A stretch of DNA of 64,000 nt from Minisyncoccota bacterium (GTDB lineage Bacteria; Patescibacteriota; Minisyncoccia; Phycocordibacterales; JABAAK01), in NCBI GenBank assembly GCA_963668425.1, contig OY764332.1, positions 460,336 through 524,335 on the forward strand, written 5' to 3'. The notes beneath the pieces were generated by a model. That model saw only the letters and a program-made list of their open reading frames with translations. It made no database searches and had not been told where the DNA came from. Positions 23,025 through 32,985 of this stretch are shown here, piece by piece. A program made the position numbers and the translations under genes. How positions within the stretch are numbered: position 1 is the first letter of the stretch; every line of letters begins with the position of its first letter.

Positions 23025-23423
23025 GTGCTTTGTACATTTTTACTAATTTTGGCAGCACTATCGTGCTGTATTTTTTTTGGAGATGGAATGAAAAATTTAT
23101 CTGCTTTTGAAGCTTTTGCTGAAATTGTTGCCATTGCGTTAGGGATTATATTTTTTGTGATGATGTTTGCTGCTGTTGGGTGTGATAGAGTTTCCAGTAT
23201 GGTTCAAATAATATCTGAGGCATCTGAAGCAGAAGAGATTAGAGAGAATGTGGTATCGGTGAGCAAGTCGTACAAGATTGTCGTTGATAGTGGTGCATCG
23301 TATGTTTACAGAACGGACCTTGATGGATACCCAAGGATGGTGATAATTGAGCGGGTTGGTGTATTTTCTGTTGAGTCCGTTGATGGAGAGCCCTTCAGTG
23401 CTCCGATTGGTCGATGGTTTTGA
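23025..23423 (+). CDS. Hypothetical membrane protein
   Basis: 132-aa ORF with two TM segments. Confidence 0.35.
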   Translation: MLCTFLLILAALSCCIFFGDGMKNLSAFEAFAEIVAIALGIIFFVMMFAAVGCDRVSSMVQIISEASEAEEIRENVVSVSKSYKIVVDSGASYVYRTDLDGYPRMVIIERVGVFSVESVDGEPFSAPIGRWF

Positions 23424-23566
23424 CTTGCCAGTAGAATGTTTGGTTTTTTATATGAGCCGAGTGCTAAAAGCACTTGGCTCGTTTTTATATACAGAAAAAT
23501 GGATTTTTTGGAGGGTGTGCAAAGAGGGCATGGTTGGTGGTTGGGTGTGGTAGCATACAAAGTATC

Positions 23567-24250
23567 ATGAGTATTGTATCTTTTGATGGGGCAACCAAGT
23601 ATTATGGTGATACAGTCGCAGCGCAGGATGTATCATTTGAGATTGATGGTGGTGAGCTTGTTACCTTGGTTGGGCATTCTGGCTCTGGGAAGAGTACCTT
23701 GTTTAAGTTGATTTTAGGTGAGGAAGGTGTGTATTCTGGTGTGGTGTGTCGAGGTGGTGTTGATATCGCCGGTATGTCAAAGCGGGAACTGATTGAGCAT
23801 CGGCGGAAGACAGGTGTGATTTTTCAGGATTTTCGTCTATTGCCTCGGAAAACAGTTTATGAAAACATCTCGTTTGCAATGGAAGCGCTTGGTTATGATG
23901 AAAAGCAAATAGAAAATGATGTGCCATATGTACTTGACTTAGTTGATTTGCGGCATAAGGTGTGGGCGTTTTCGCAAGAGCTTTCGGGTGGCGAACAGCA
24001 ACGAGTGGCAATTGCGCGAGCAATTGTGAATCAGCCCGAGCTGTTGCTTGCGGATGAGCCGACTGGTAATCTTGATCCTGTCAATGCGCATGAGGTGATT
24101 AACATCTTAAAGCAGATTAACAAGCTCGGTACTACTGTGATACTCGCCACGCACGATCAGTCAGTAGTGAAAAAAATAAAAAAACGAGTTATTACTCTGG
24201 TGAATGGCGAGGTTGCACTTGACGATTCGAAAGGTAAGTATATTTTATAA
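23567..24250 (+). CDS. ftsE: Cell-division ABC transporter ATP-binding protein FtsE
   Basis: Walker A GHSGSGKST, signature LSGGEQQRVAIARA; followed by ftsX. Confidence 0.85.
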   Translation: MSIVSFDGATKYYGDTVAAQDVSFEIDGGELVTLVGHSGSGKSTLFKLILGEEGVYSGVVCRGGVDIAGMSKRELIEHRRKTGVIFQDFRLLPRKTVYENISFAMEALGYDEKQIENDVPYVLDLVDLRHKVWAFSQELSGGEQQRVAIARAIVNQPELLLADEPTGNLDPVNAHEVINILKQINKLGTTVILATHDQSVVKKIKKRVITLVNGEVALDDSKGKYIL

Positions 24251-24252
24251 GT

Positions 24253-25179
24253 ATGGGAGGTACACAGATAAAAAGGACTTTTTACTTAGGATTAGTTAAT
24301 GTTGTGCGGAATTCGTTTGTTTCGTTTTCGGTGATATTTGTTATGACCGTTTCATTGTTTATTGTTGGGTTTTCACTTTTGTTTGGGCAGGTGATGAATG
24401 ATGTGACTGAGGAGTTGCGGGATAAGGTTGATGTCACGGCGTACTTCGTGACAGATACACCCGAAGGGCAAATCTTTGCTTTTCGTGATCGTCTTGAGGA
24501 ATTGTCGCAAGTGCAGGAAGTGCTCTATGTCTCACAGGAGATAGCGTTGGAGGAGTATCGCAAGAGACATGAGAATGATCCAGATATCTTACACGGGTTA
24601 GATATTCTTGAGGATAATCCATTTCGTGCACGGCTCTCTATTCGTGCACAACAATCAGGTGATTTTGAATCCATTGTCCGTTTTTTGCAGAATGAGGATA
24701 TTCTTTCCGACAATCCGACAACGGTGATTGATAAGATTGATTTCTATCAAAACCGCCAAGTTATTATGCGCCTGGCATCTGTTGTTGGTACTGCATCTTT
24801 GCTGACGCGAGTAATTATTGCTCTGCTGATATTTATTTCATGCATTATCGTCTTTAATATTATTCGCCTCATTATTTATCTTAGTCGTGAAGAAATTAAG
24901 GTGATGCGTCTTATCGGTGCGGAGGATTGGTATATTCGCGTGCCGTTTTTGGTTTCAGGAGGTATCTATGGGTTTGTTGGTTCAATCTTGGCAACGGTGT
25001 TTTTGTATCCAATCTCGTACTGGCTTTCTCCGGCAGTTGAGCGGTTTTTTGAGGGGCAAGGGTTGTTTTCTTATTATGTTTCAGAATTCTTTATGTTAGT
25101 ACTTATTTTGACTGTTCTTGGTGTTTTTGTCGGAATATTTTCAAGTTACCTTTCTACTCAACGTTATTTGGATGACTAA
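24253..25179 (+). CDS. ftsX: Cell-division permease FtsX
   Basis: N-terminal TM, large extracytoplasmic domain and three C-terminal TM segments, immediately downstream of ftsE. Confidence 0.8.
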   Translation: MGGTQIKRTFYLGLVNVVRNSFVSFSVIFVMTVSLFIVGFSLLFGQVMNDVTEELRDKVDVTAYFVTDTPEGQIFAFRDRLEELSQVQEVLYVSQEIALEEYRKRHENDPDILHGLDILEDNPFRARLSIRAQQSGDFESIVRFLQNEDILSDNPTTVIDKIDFYQNRQVIMRLASVVGTASLLTRVIIALLIFISCIIVFNIIRLIIYLSREEIKVMRLIGAEDWYIRVPFLVSGGIYGFVGSILATVFLYPISYWLSPAVERFFEGQGLFSYYVSEFFMLVLILTVLGVFVGIFSSYLSTQRYLDD

Positions 25180-25238
25180 TCTGCAGAAATAGTAAAATTG
25201 TATTATTATACATACATACTATTGATTGTGTATTTGTG

Positions 25239-25310
25239 TGCCGGATCGTCTAATTGGTAGGACGACGGGTTTTGATCCCGTTAATCTAGGTTCGAGTCCT
25301 AGTCCGGCAG
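25239..25310 (+). tRNA. tRNA-Gln (anticodon UUG)
   Basis: I folded the cloverleaf by hand: U1-A72 acceptor, anticodon loop TTTTGAT, T-loop TTCGAGT. Confidence 0.8.
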
Positions 25311-25339
25311 CTAACTAGTAAAGAGGGGGTGTTTAGTGA

Positions 25340-25843
25340 ATGGAGCAAAGGCATGTAATGAGTTCACGTGCTAATTCAAATAGACAGATTATTAAGAGAG
25401 GTTATGAAGAAGGCGTACTTTACCTTGTTCATGGTGATGAAATTGGGTTTGTTGATGAAGAGGATGGGGATGTCAGTGAGATTTCTGGGTTTATTGGAAT
25501 GCTTGAGCCGGGGACAACGTATATTCTTGCCACACGGTACGATGAAAAAAATGGCTGGCATACACTTATAACTCATCCGAATGGAATAACACCCCTGAGT
25601 CAAAATACTGGGTTAGGTGGTGATTCGAATGTTTTTATAGAGGATGATAATGATAGAATTGTAGCACTTAGAGAAGCATACAAAGATGAGATCTTGCTTG
25701 ATGTGGATGTGGCAAATGATAATGCAAGGAATAGCTATGCATCTTTGCGGAAATCAACGGAAAGGGATTTGGGGGAGGTTTCGGAAGAAGAAGTTAAAGA
25801 AGAGGTTCGAAAAAATGACTTTGAAGGTGATTTTCCTAGATGA
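25340..25843 (+). CDS. Hypothetical protein, truncated paralog of 51260..51910 (lacks the signal peptide)
   Basis: LEPGTTYILATRYDEKNGWHTLITHPNG and REAYKDEILLDVDVANDNARNSYASL align with the 51260 protein. A strong RBS precedes it. Confidence 0.55.
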   Translation: MEQRHVMSSRANSNRQIIKRGYEEGVLYLVHGDEIGFVDEEDGDVSEISGFIGMLEPGTTYILATRYDEKNGWHTLITHPNGITPLSQNTGLGGDSNVFIEDDNDRIVALREAYKDEILLDVDVANDNARNSYASLRKSTERDLGEVSEEEVKEEVRKNDFEGDFPR

Positions 25844-25919
25844 TTTTTTTGTGATTATGAAAAGATTATGAAAAACACGGCACCAAGTGGTGCCGTGCTG
25901 GTTATTGTCCCCTCATCTT

Positions 25920-26633
25920 TCATTCATAGTGAGGGATAATGAAGGCGAATCTGCCGCAATAGTCCTCAGGGTTAAGGGAATTGAATAATCTGTCTTGGTC
26001 TGTGTTGTTTGTAGTATTTTCTATCAGAGCGTTTGAGTTGAGCCAGAGTCCAATGTTGGTTTCTGGGTGTGGGGATGTGTCATCCCGCACTATACTGAAT
26101 ATCTGTGGTATGCCGTCGGCATACCAATTATTTTCTTCAGTTGCTATAAAGAATCCATGATACACTCCGTAGTTAGGTTGATCAGTAAACTGTAGGCGTA
26201 ACTGTACAGCAACTTCAGGTGGACATGGTGCATAACCAAACTCTTTCCCTTTTTCAAGGATATCTTTGAAGGATACTAATGCATCTTCTTCAAACCCTAA
26301 ATCAAAGAGGGAGAGGATTATTACCGCTACCTCACTCTCTTCCTTTGCGATTGGGAAGTTTGGGTGAGAGAGTGATTGCACTGACTGCTGGTCTACTAGA
26401 AATTTTTCTTCTCTAATCTTTCTTAAAAGATCAATGCCGGTTTTCTGCGTTCCAATAGTTAGCGTGGGAAATGGAACGTTTAAATCCCGATCCCCCTTTT
26501 CCATCTCAGGGCATGTGCCTGTATCTATGTTTTCTGAGCAAGAGGTAGTGAAGAGTAGTCCTGAAAAAACTAAGAAAATCAGGTTTGTTTTTATAAGGAA
26601 TGCAAGATTTTTCATGTCGCCCCCTTCATTCAT
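25920..26633 (-). CDS. Lipoprotein, paralog of 50488..51189
   Basis: Signal peptide plus Cys lipobox. The block CPPEVAVQLRLQFTDQ...DGIPQIFSIVRDDTSPHPETNIGL is shared with the 50488 protein. Confidence 0.6.
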   Translation of the reverse strand: MNEGGDMKNLAFLIKTNLIFLVFSGLLFTTSCSENIDTGTCPEMEKGDRDLNVPFPTLTIGTQKTGIDLLRKIREEKFLVDQQSVQSLSHPNFPIAKEESEVAVIILSLFDLGFEEDALVSFKDILEKGKEFGYAPCPPEVAVQLRLQFTDQPNYGVYHGFFIATEENNWYADGIPQIFSIVRDDTSPHPETNIGLWLNSNALIENTTNNTDQDRLFNSLNPEDYCGRFAFIIPHYE

Positions 26634-26829
26634 TTTTTTATTCTGCTGTTAGTTTACCATATTCTTATGGGTGAGCACAGGAGCAGGTTTTTATCATGCG
26701 TTCACACTATGAAAGTTGAACGATTTCATGTGGTTAGCATGTTCAGATATCCGATTAGTAAGATAGTGGAATTTTTGTTTGGTATGGCAAGCAGTTGTTT
26801 CAGATGCTACTCTTTGCTATCTGGTATTG

Positions 26830-29800
26830 CTATTGTGCCAGGGTAGTGAAAGGTACTGGTATGCTTTTTTGCTCTTGTTGCCAAACATTGTCCACCCTAG
26901 GTATTACTTCTACAGCATATGCTGTATTTGATCGGAGTCCGTCTATTTTCTTATAGTTGGTAGATACAAACTGATACTGTGATGTATTGCTTTGGGCGCC
27001 TGTTTTCCACCACCTGACTGTGTACTGATCTGCCTTAGGTAGTGTTGGCCAGGTAGCCGTGGCGCTATCAGATGTGATAGATATTACAGAGAGGGAAATC
27101 TTCTCCTTCGCTATTGTATCATCATCATCTGCTATTGTTGTCGTTGCTGTGCCTTGGGTACTGGAGATTGTGTAGCCACTGCCAGCAGTTACGGTTACCG
27201 TTACCGAGCCGTCTGGTTCATCTACTTGGTCTCCATTCGCTGGGATGGTCAGTGTCGCTGTTCCACTTGTGGGGATAGTTACCGTCTGACTTCCAGCTGT
27301 TATACCATAGTTGCCACTTGCCGTAATTGATACCGTTACTGGCAGATCTGCTGTCGGTACTGGGCTCGCTGAGAGGGTGAATGTTGCACTGCTCCCCTCT
27401 GTTATACCGCCGTCAGTCCTGATACGTATCTCTGGGATGGAAGGCGTTACCCCATCATCATCTGCTATTGTTGTTGTTGCTGTGCCTTGGGTACTGGAGA
27501 TTGTGTAGCCACTGCCAGCAGTTACGGTTACCGTTACCGAGCCGTCTGGTTCATCTACTTGGTCTCCATTCGCTGGGATGGTCAGTGTCGCTGTTCCACT
27601 TGTGGGGATAGTTACCGTCTGACTTCCAGCTGTTATACCATAGTTGCCACTTGCCGTAATTGATACCGTTACTGGCAGATCTGCTGTCGGTACTGGGCTC
27701 GCTGAGAGGGTGAATGTTGCACTGCTCCCCTCTGTTATACCGCCGTCAGTCCTGATACGTATCTCTGGGATGGAAGGCGTTACCCCATCATCATCTGCTA
27801 TTGTTGTTGTTGCTGTGCCTTGGGTACTGGAGATTGTGTAGCCACTGCCAGCAGTTACGGTTACCGTTACCGAGCCGTCTGGTTCATCTACTTGGTCTCC
27901 ATTCGCTGGGATGGTCAGTGTCGCTGTTCCACTTGTGGGGATAGTTACCGTCTGACTTCCAGCTGTTATACCATAGTTGCCACTTGCCGTAATTGATACC
28001 GTTACTGGCAGATCTGCTGTCGGTACTGGGCTCGCTGAGAGGGTGAATGTTGCACTGCTCCCCTCTGTTATACCGCCGTCAGTCCTGATACGTATCTCTG
28101 GGATGGAAGGCGTTACCCCATCATCATCTGCTATTGTTGTTGTTGCTGTGCCTTGGGTACTGGAGATTGTGTAGCCACTGCCAGCAGTTACGGTTACCGT
28201 TACCGAGCCGTCTGGTTCATCTACTTGGTCTCCATTCGCTGGGATGGTCAGTGTCGCTGTTCCACTTGTGGGGATAGTTACCGTCTGACTTCCAGCTGTT
28301 ATACCATAGTTGCCACTTGCCGTAATTGATACCGTTACTGGCAGATCTGCTGTCGGTACTGGGCTCGCTGAGAGGGTGAATGTTGCACTGCTCCCCTCTG
28401 TTATACCGCCGTCAGTCCTGATACGTATCTCTGGGATGGAAGGCGTTACCCCATCATCATCTGCTATTGTTGTTGTTGCTGTGCCTTGGGTACTGGAGAT
28501 TGTGTAGCCACTGCCAGCAGTTACGGTTACCGTTACCGAGCCGTCTGGTTCATCTACTTGGTCTCCATTCGCTGGGATGGTCAGTGTCGCTGTTCCACTT
28601 GTGGGGATAGTTACCGTCTGACTTCCAGCTGTTATACCATAGTTGCCACTTGCCGTAATTGATACCGTTACTGGCAGATCTGCTGTCGGTACTGGGCTCG
28701 CTGAGAGGGTGAATGTTGCACTGCTCCCCTCTGTTATACCGCCGTCAGTCCTGATACGTATCTCTGGGATGGAAGGCGTTACCCCATCATCATCTGCTAT
28801 TGTTGTTGTTGCTGTGCCTTGGGTACTGGAGATTGTGTAGCCACTGCCAGCAGTTACGGTTACCGTTACCGAGCCGTCTGGTTCATCTACTTGGTCTCCA
28901 TTCGCTGGGATGGTCAGTGTCGCTGTTCCACTTGTGGGGATAGTTACCGTCTGACTTCCAGCTGTTATACCATAGTTGCCACTTGCCGTAATTGATACCG
29001 TTACTGGCAGATCTGCTGTCGGTACTGGGCTCGCTGAGAGGGTGAATGTTGCACTGCTCCCCTCTGTTATACCGCCGTCAGTCCTGATACGTATCTCTGG
29101 GATGGAAGGCACTGGATCATTGTGAGAGAGTAGTATGATACGTGGTATTGTTGGTTCTACTTGGTATAAGTCAGGACGAGTCGTAGCAAACCCGTTAGGT
29201 GTTCGTACCACAATATACTGTAAGGCGTCAAGATCGGGAAAGGTGATTTTTTGAGCATCGGCTTCCATTGTGAGTACCTCTGAGTCAGACCCAGATTTAG
29301 TTTTTGGCTCTATGGTCAGAGGGAAATCCCGTTTCCGACTGATAAACAGGTATTGCTTTTGTTTGTTAATTGTTATATGCAATGAGTCATCATCTATATG
29401 TTTGATGGCTAAGATATTATGGGCGGGGTCTATCGTTATTCCGGGCAGGTTGCCGATCAAGGATAGGGTGGCTGTTGCTGCGGCGTCCTGCTCTACCTTA
29501 TTGTCGTCTTTGGTTTCTATCTCGATGTAACCGCGATTTTCTCCTATCTGCATTTGTTCCACTTTCCATTCGATGTCATGATCGGCAGGTTCAGGATCGG
29601 AGTTTTGAGGGATGATAATGAAATTTCCTGCCGTGATGGTAAAGCCCAGCGATAATGTCTGTGTTGGAATTCTGAATGGAATTCGCCGGCTGGAAGTGAA
29701 ATATATTCGATATATCTGATTTCCTTCCGTAATGTTGACGGAAGGAGGTCCGGTAAGACGGATGGTGATGGGCGTGTCATTGTCTACTATCTGCACGGTT

Positions 29801-32800
29801 TTGTCATAGGTCTTGCCGTTATACCGTTCGTCAGTAGAACTCAGTGTAAATCTGATAATCACGGTATCCAGCTCGTTGGTGTCACTGTCTGGTGTCCCGA
29901 GAATGGAAATTGCTTCATCTGTATAGTCGGTTGGACTGAAAGTCAGCGGGCCTCCACTTATGGTGGCATGACTGCTGCCTGTGCTGATTGTTACCTGTGC
30001 TGTTACCTGTGCCGTTGGGGCTGAGTCCAAAGATACCTGCAATGTACCGGCGTTTTCCTCACCAATGTAAAAATCCTGATGCTCGTCTATTCCCTGAGGT
30101 GTTAGCGTTATCCACTGTACATGGTTGGAGGGATCAAAGAGGTACAAGTTGACAGGAGAACCTTGGGTCACTGGATCTGGGTTTCTCGTGTCTGTCTTAG
30201 TGAAGGACAGATCGCCAATAGTTACTGTTACTGCTTCAATGTCGGCCTCTATCGTACTGTCATCAGGAGCGTTTAATGTGAGCGTTGCAGTGGTTGCTGT
30301 GCTTGGGGCAAAAGACACAGTAGCATTGGCGGTGCCAACTCCTGTGTAGGTAACCCCTGCTGCTGCTGTCTCGGTTAGCGTGTAGTCAGTGCCTTGGTCA
30401 GCGTCGCCGGTAACAGTTACTGGCACAGTCAGTGCTTCTCCGGTTTGCAGTGGTCTGTTGAGGGTTAGGGTAATGATGGAATCCTCACCACCTTCAAGTA
30501 TGATTTTCCGCGAGGCATCCAATGTCACCTGTATTGGCTCGTCGTCAATGATGAGTACCGTTGCCGCTGCATTGCTACCGGTGGTAATGGCGGTTGGGCT
30601 GTTTGGTAGTTGATTGGCGTTGATAGTGATGGTGAACTGCTCGTTACCTTCGGCTAGATCATCATTAGGTATATTTGCAGAAAATGTGGCAGTGGACTCA
30701 CCTGCTTTGATAACGATTCCATTGTCGGCGAGGAGGAAGTCCGTTCCTCGGGTTGCGCCCTGTTCTGTGATAGTGATGGGTAGGGTGAGATCACTTCCCA
30801 ATGGTGCACTTAATGTAACCGTTGCTTCAAGCAGTCCAGATGCCTCGTTGACGACAAACATGTTTTTGGAGAATTGGACAGTTGATGTTGCTGGTGGGTC
30901 CTGAATGGTGCTGCTGTATATTGTGCCTTGAGCACCTCCGTGCAGGTTAACGCCGGAGGTTGTGTCTACATCAAGGGTGATGGTGATGGTTTCTGGCGCT
31001 GTCTCGGCGGTTGAGTCCGTCAATACTTGTAGGAATTCGTACATCTGTATATCGGCAATGCTATCTGTATTTTCCGTTGGATCACCTCCGGTAAAGGTGA
31101 TACTTGGACTGTTTCCATTAAAGTTGTTACATACCGCCTTCATATTTTTCAAATTATCAAATCGAGGACAGAGCAGTTTATAGTCCGTGCCGTAGGTTGC
31201 TGTCCCCCCGAAGGTGAATGGTATTGTTATCTCTTCAGGTGCGATTAACTCTCGACTGAGTGTAGTGTTGAACTGATAGATTCCTCCTTCTACTAGGTGC
31301 TCTGGGTTTCCACCAATTACAGGAGTTGCGGATATTAAGGTTGCCTGGCTGTCGTAAATTGGCAGATTGACGGAGTTGGCAGATCCTAAGGTGTAGACGC
31401 CATTGTAATGAGGATCAATGGTTACGGTAATCTGTCCGTTACCAGTGGCCGCTGGTTGGTCAATGCCGTCATTTCGTGTTTCTACCTTGATAGTGGCGGT
31501 GGTTGCTTCTGCAGGTATGGTGGCAGTGAAGAGTCCTGTTTTATCGTCGTCAATGTAGTCATGACCCGGTCCGTCAGTAACGCGATACTTTACTTCTAGG
31601 TCAATATCTGATGATTGGTTGGCGGTGATTGTGAATCTTGCTTCACCTCCTTCTACTACCTCAGTAGCACTATTCATAGGTGCGATGGTAAGCTCCACCT
31701 TTTCCCAAATAGACACACTTGACCCTTCGGTGCTTAAAAGATTCAGCCAACCGGGAAGATTGTTTGTTTGTATGGAGATCTCAAACATTTCAACATTCTC
31801 GTCAATGCTGTCTTTTGCAGTGGGTATTGTGAAGGTTTTTGATTGCTCTCCTTTGGTAAATTTGACTTGGTAAGGTCCTGCTGTATAGTCAGCTGGTGCA
31901 GTTGCGGTTTTGTCTTTGGTATTGACGGTGATGGTTACGTCTTCTTGAGCCGGTGCTGTGAGATGTAGGGTAACTTTTGCACCATCACCTTCACCAACTT
32001 CAAGATTTTTTCTACTGTCATCAAATAGTATTCCAGTTTTCTCTACCTGAAATACTGGAGTGATGCCGTAGAGGCGGTGCTTTGTCGTGTTAGAGGCAGT
32101 GTTGGAAGTGTTGGTATTGCCGATAGGATTGATGCCTGTGCCTGTTACTAACCCTACGGCTCCCCACAAGACCTGACTGGCTCCTAGTGGATTTGTGTTG
32201 TGTTTGGTGCCGTCGTCGTTGGAACCAGTCCACACGGTTATATGGTCTGGGGTTATGCGGTTGCCGGACTCGTCTCTTGGTAGGTTTTGCCGTAAGGGTT
32301 TCCAAGAGCCGTCGTAGAAGTCGGCGTAAGAGTCGGCGACTTTGTCGCCACTTACCCAGTAAATGGGGACATTGTCGTTGGTATCCTGCCATGTTGAGGT
32401 GTTGTTGTTCCACATAGCAGTGTTGTCACGAGCATCAATGGTGCTGGTGGATCCGACTATTTTTATGTTTGCTATTGTGTTGCTGTCTACCTCATCGTTT
32501 GTGAAGGCGTTGTTATTACCAGCGGCGGTCTGTACAAGCGTGTTATAGGTGTTACTATCTGTTGAGTCAGCAGTGTGCTGAGTGGAGGTGATGAATATGA
32601 GGCGGAACTTGTCGTCAGTGCCAATTCCATCGGGGATCAGGGATGAGCTTGGCTGAATCATAAATGGATTGCTCACACTCTGCGCTTCTGCTGGGGCTTG
32701 TGGTCCGAACAAAGATGCTAGTCCAATTGCCACAAGTAAGGCGAGTACGATTGCATAGTGAAATACGTTTTTACTTTGATTGAATACATGTTGATGTCTT

Positions 32801-32877
32801 GGTGTATGCATGATTCTATCTTTTATTATCACACGTTCGGCTTGTTGAATCAAGGTATTTGCTATATTTGCCATCAC
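26830..32877 (-). CDS. Giant (2015 aa) cell-surface protein with multiple Calx-beta-like beta-sandwich domains, six identical 111-aa tandem repeats and a C-terminal fibronectin-III-like domain
   Basis: An N-terminal signal/TM (AIVLALLVAIGLASLF) is followed by Calx-beta-like repeats (APADYTAGPYQVKFTKGEQSKTFTIPTAKDSIDENVEMFEISI). The six 111-aa copies each end ADDDG. The C-terminus (WPTLPKADQYTVRWW...NTAYAVEV) is FN3-like. Confidence 0.8.
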   Translation of the reverse strand: MMANIANTLIQQAERVIIKDRIMHTPRHQHVFNQSKNVFHYAIVLALLVAIGLASLFGPQAPAEAQSVSNPFMIQPSSSLIPDGIGTDDKFRLIFITSTQHTADSTDSNTYNTLVQTAAGNNNAFTNDEVDSNTIANIKIVGSTSTIDARDNTAMWNNNTSTWQDTNDNVPIYWVSGDKVADSYADFYDGSWKPLRQNLPRDESGNRITPDHITVWTGSNDDGTKHNTNPLGASQVLWGAVGLVTGTGINPIGNTNTSNTASNTTKHRLYGITPVFQVEKTGILFDDSRKNLEVGEGDGAKVTLHLTAPAQEDVTITVNTKDKTATAPADYTAGPYQVKFTKGEQSKTFTIPTAKDSIDENVEMFEISIQTNNLPGWLNLLSTEGSSVSIWEKVELTIAPMNSATEVVEGGEARFTITANQSSDIDLEVKYRVTDGPGHDYIDDDKTGLFTATIPAEATTATIKVETRNDGIDQPAATGNGQITVTIDPHYNGVYTLGSANSVNLPIYDSQATLISATPVIGGNPEHLVEGGIYQFNTTLSRELIAPEEITIPFTFGGTATYGTDYKLLCPRFDNLKNMKAVCNNFNGNSPSITFTGGDPTENTDSIADIQMYEFLQVLTDSTAETAPETITITLDVDTTSGVNLHGGAQGTIYSSTIQDPPATSTVQFSKNMFVVNEASGLLEATVTLSAPLGSDLTLPITITEQGATRGTDFLLADNGIVIKAGESTATFSANIPNDDLAEGNEQFTITINANQLPNSPTAITTGSNAAATVLIIDDEPIQVTLDASRKIILEGGEDSIITLTLNRPLQTGEALTVPVTVTGDADQGTDYTLTETAAAGVTYTGVGTANATVSFAPSTATTATLTLNAPDDSTIEADIEAVTVTIGDLSFTKTDTRNPDPVTQGSPVNLYLFDPSNHVQWITLTPQGIDEHQDFYIGEENAGTLQVSLDSAPTAQVTAQVTISTGSSHATISGGPLTFSPTDYTDEAISILGTPDSDTNELDTVIIRFTLSSTDERYNGKTYDKTVQIVDNDTPITIRLTGPPSVNITEGNQIYRIYFTSSRRIPFRIPTQTLSLGFTITAGNFIIIPQNSDPEPADHDIEWKVEQMQIGENRGYIEIETKDDNKVEQDAAATATLSLIGNLPGITIDPAHNILAIKHIDDDSLHITINKQKQYLFISRKRDFPLTIEPKTKSGSDSEVLTMEADAQKITFPDLDALQYIVVRTPNGFATTRPDLYQVEPTIPRIILLSHNDPVPSIPEIRIRTDGGITEGSSATFTLSASPVPTADLPVTVSITASGNYGITAGSQTVTIPTSGTATLTIPANGDQVDEPDGSVTVTVTAGSGYTISSTQGTATTTIADDDGVTPSIPEIRIRTDGGITEGSSATFTLSASPVPTADLPVTVSITASGNYGITAGSQTVTIPTSGTATLTIPANGDQVDEPDGSVTVTVTAGSGYTISSTQGTATTTIADDDGVTPSIPEIRIRTDGGITEGSSATFTLSASPVPTADLPVTVSITASGNYGITAGSQTVTIPTSGTATLTIPANGDQVDEPDGSVTVTVTAGSGYTISSTQGTATTTIADDDGVTPSIPEIRIRTDGGITEGSSATFTLSASPVPTADLPVTVSITASGNYGITAGSQTVTIPTSGTATLTIPANGDQVDEPDGSVTVTVTAGSGYTISSTQGTATTTIADDDGVTPSIPEIRIRTDGGITEGSSATFTLSASPVPTADLPVTVSITASGNYGITAGSQTVTIPTSGTATLTIPANGDQVDEPDGSVTVTVTAGSGYTISSTQGTATTTIADDDGVTPSIPEIRIRTDGGITEGSSATFTLSASPVPTADLPVTVSITASGNYGITAGSQTVTIPTSGTATLTIPANGDQVDEPDGSVTVTVTAGSGYTISSTQGTATTTIADDDDTIAKEKISLSVISITSDSATATWPTLPKADQYTVRWWKTGAQSNTSQYQFVSTNYKKIDGLRSNTAYAVEVIPRVDNVWQQEQKSIPVPFTTLAQ
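27115..29112. repeat. Six perfect tandem copies of a 333-bp coding repeat inside the giant surface-protein gene
   Basis: Five identical 65-aa shadow ORFs on the plus strand sit exactly 333 nt apart. The protein repeat VTPSIPEIRIRTDGG...TTTIADDDG is identical six times. Confidence 0.9.
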
Positions 32878-32985
32878 CTTTTCTTGTTGCCATGCTCAAT
32901 TGCATGTTTTGCATCTGTGCATGGGGTGCTGTTTGTGTGGTTTTGCTGTCGCTGGTGTCACGTTTTCTTTTTTGCAGAGGGGACC

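Noticed and set aside
27311-28840. Five identical 65-aa plus-strand ORFs spaced exactly 333 bp apart, which superficially looks like a CRISPR-like or gene array
   Set aside because: They are antisense shadows of the six tandem coding repeats of the giant minus-strand surface-protein gene. They have no spacer or repeat alternation and are not a CRISPR array.
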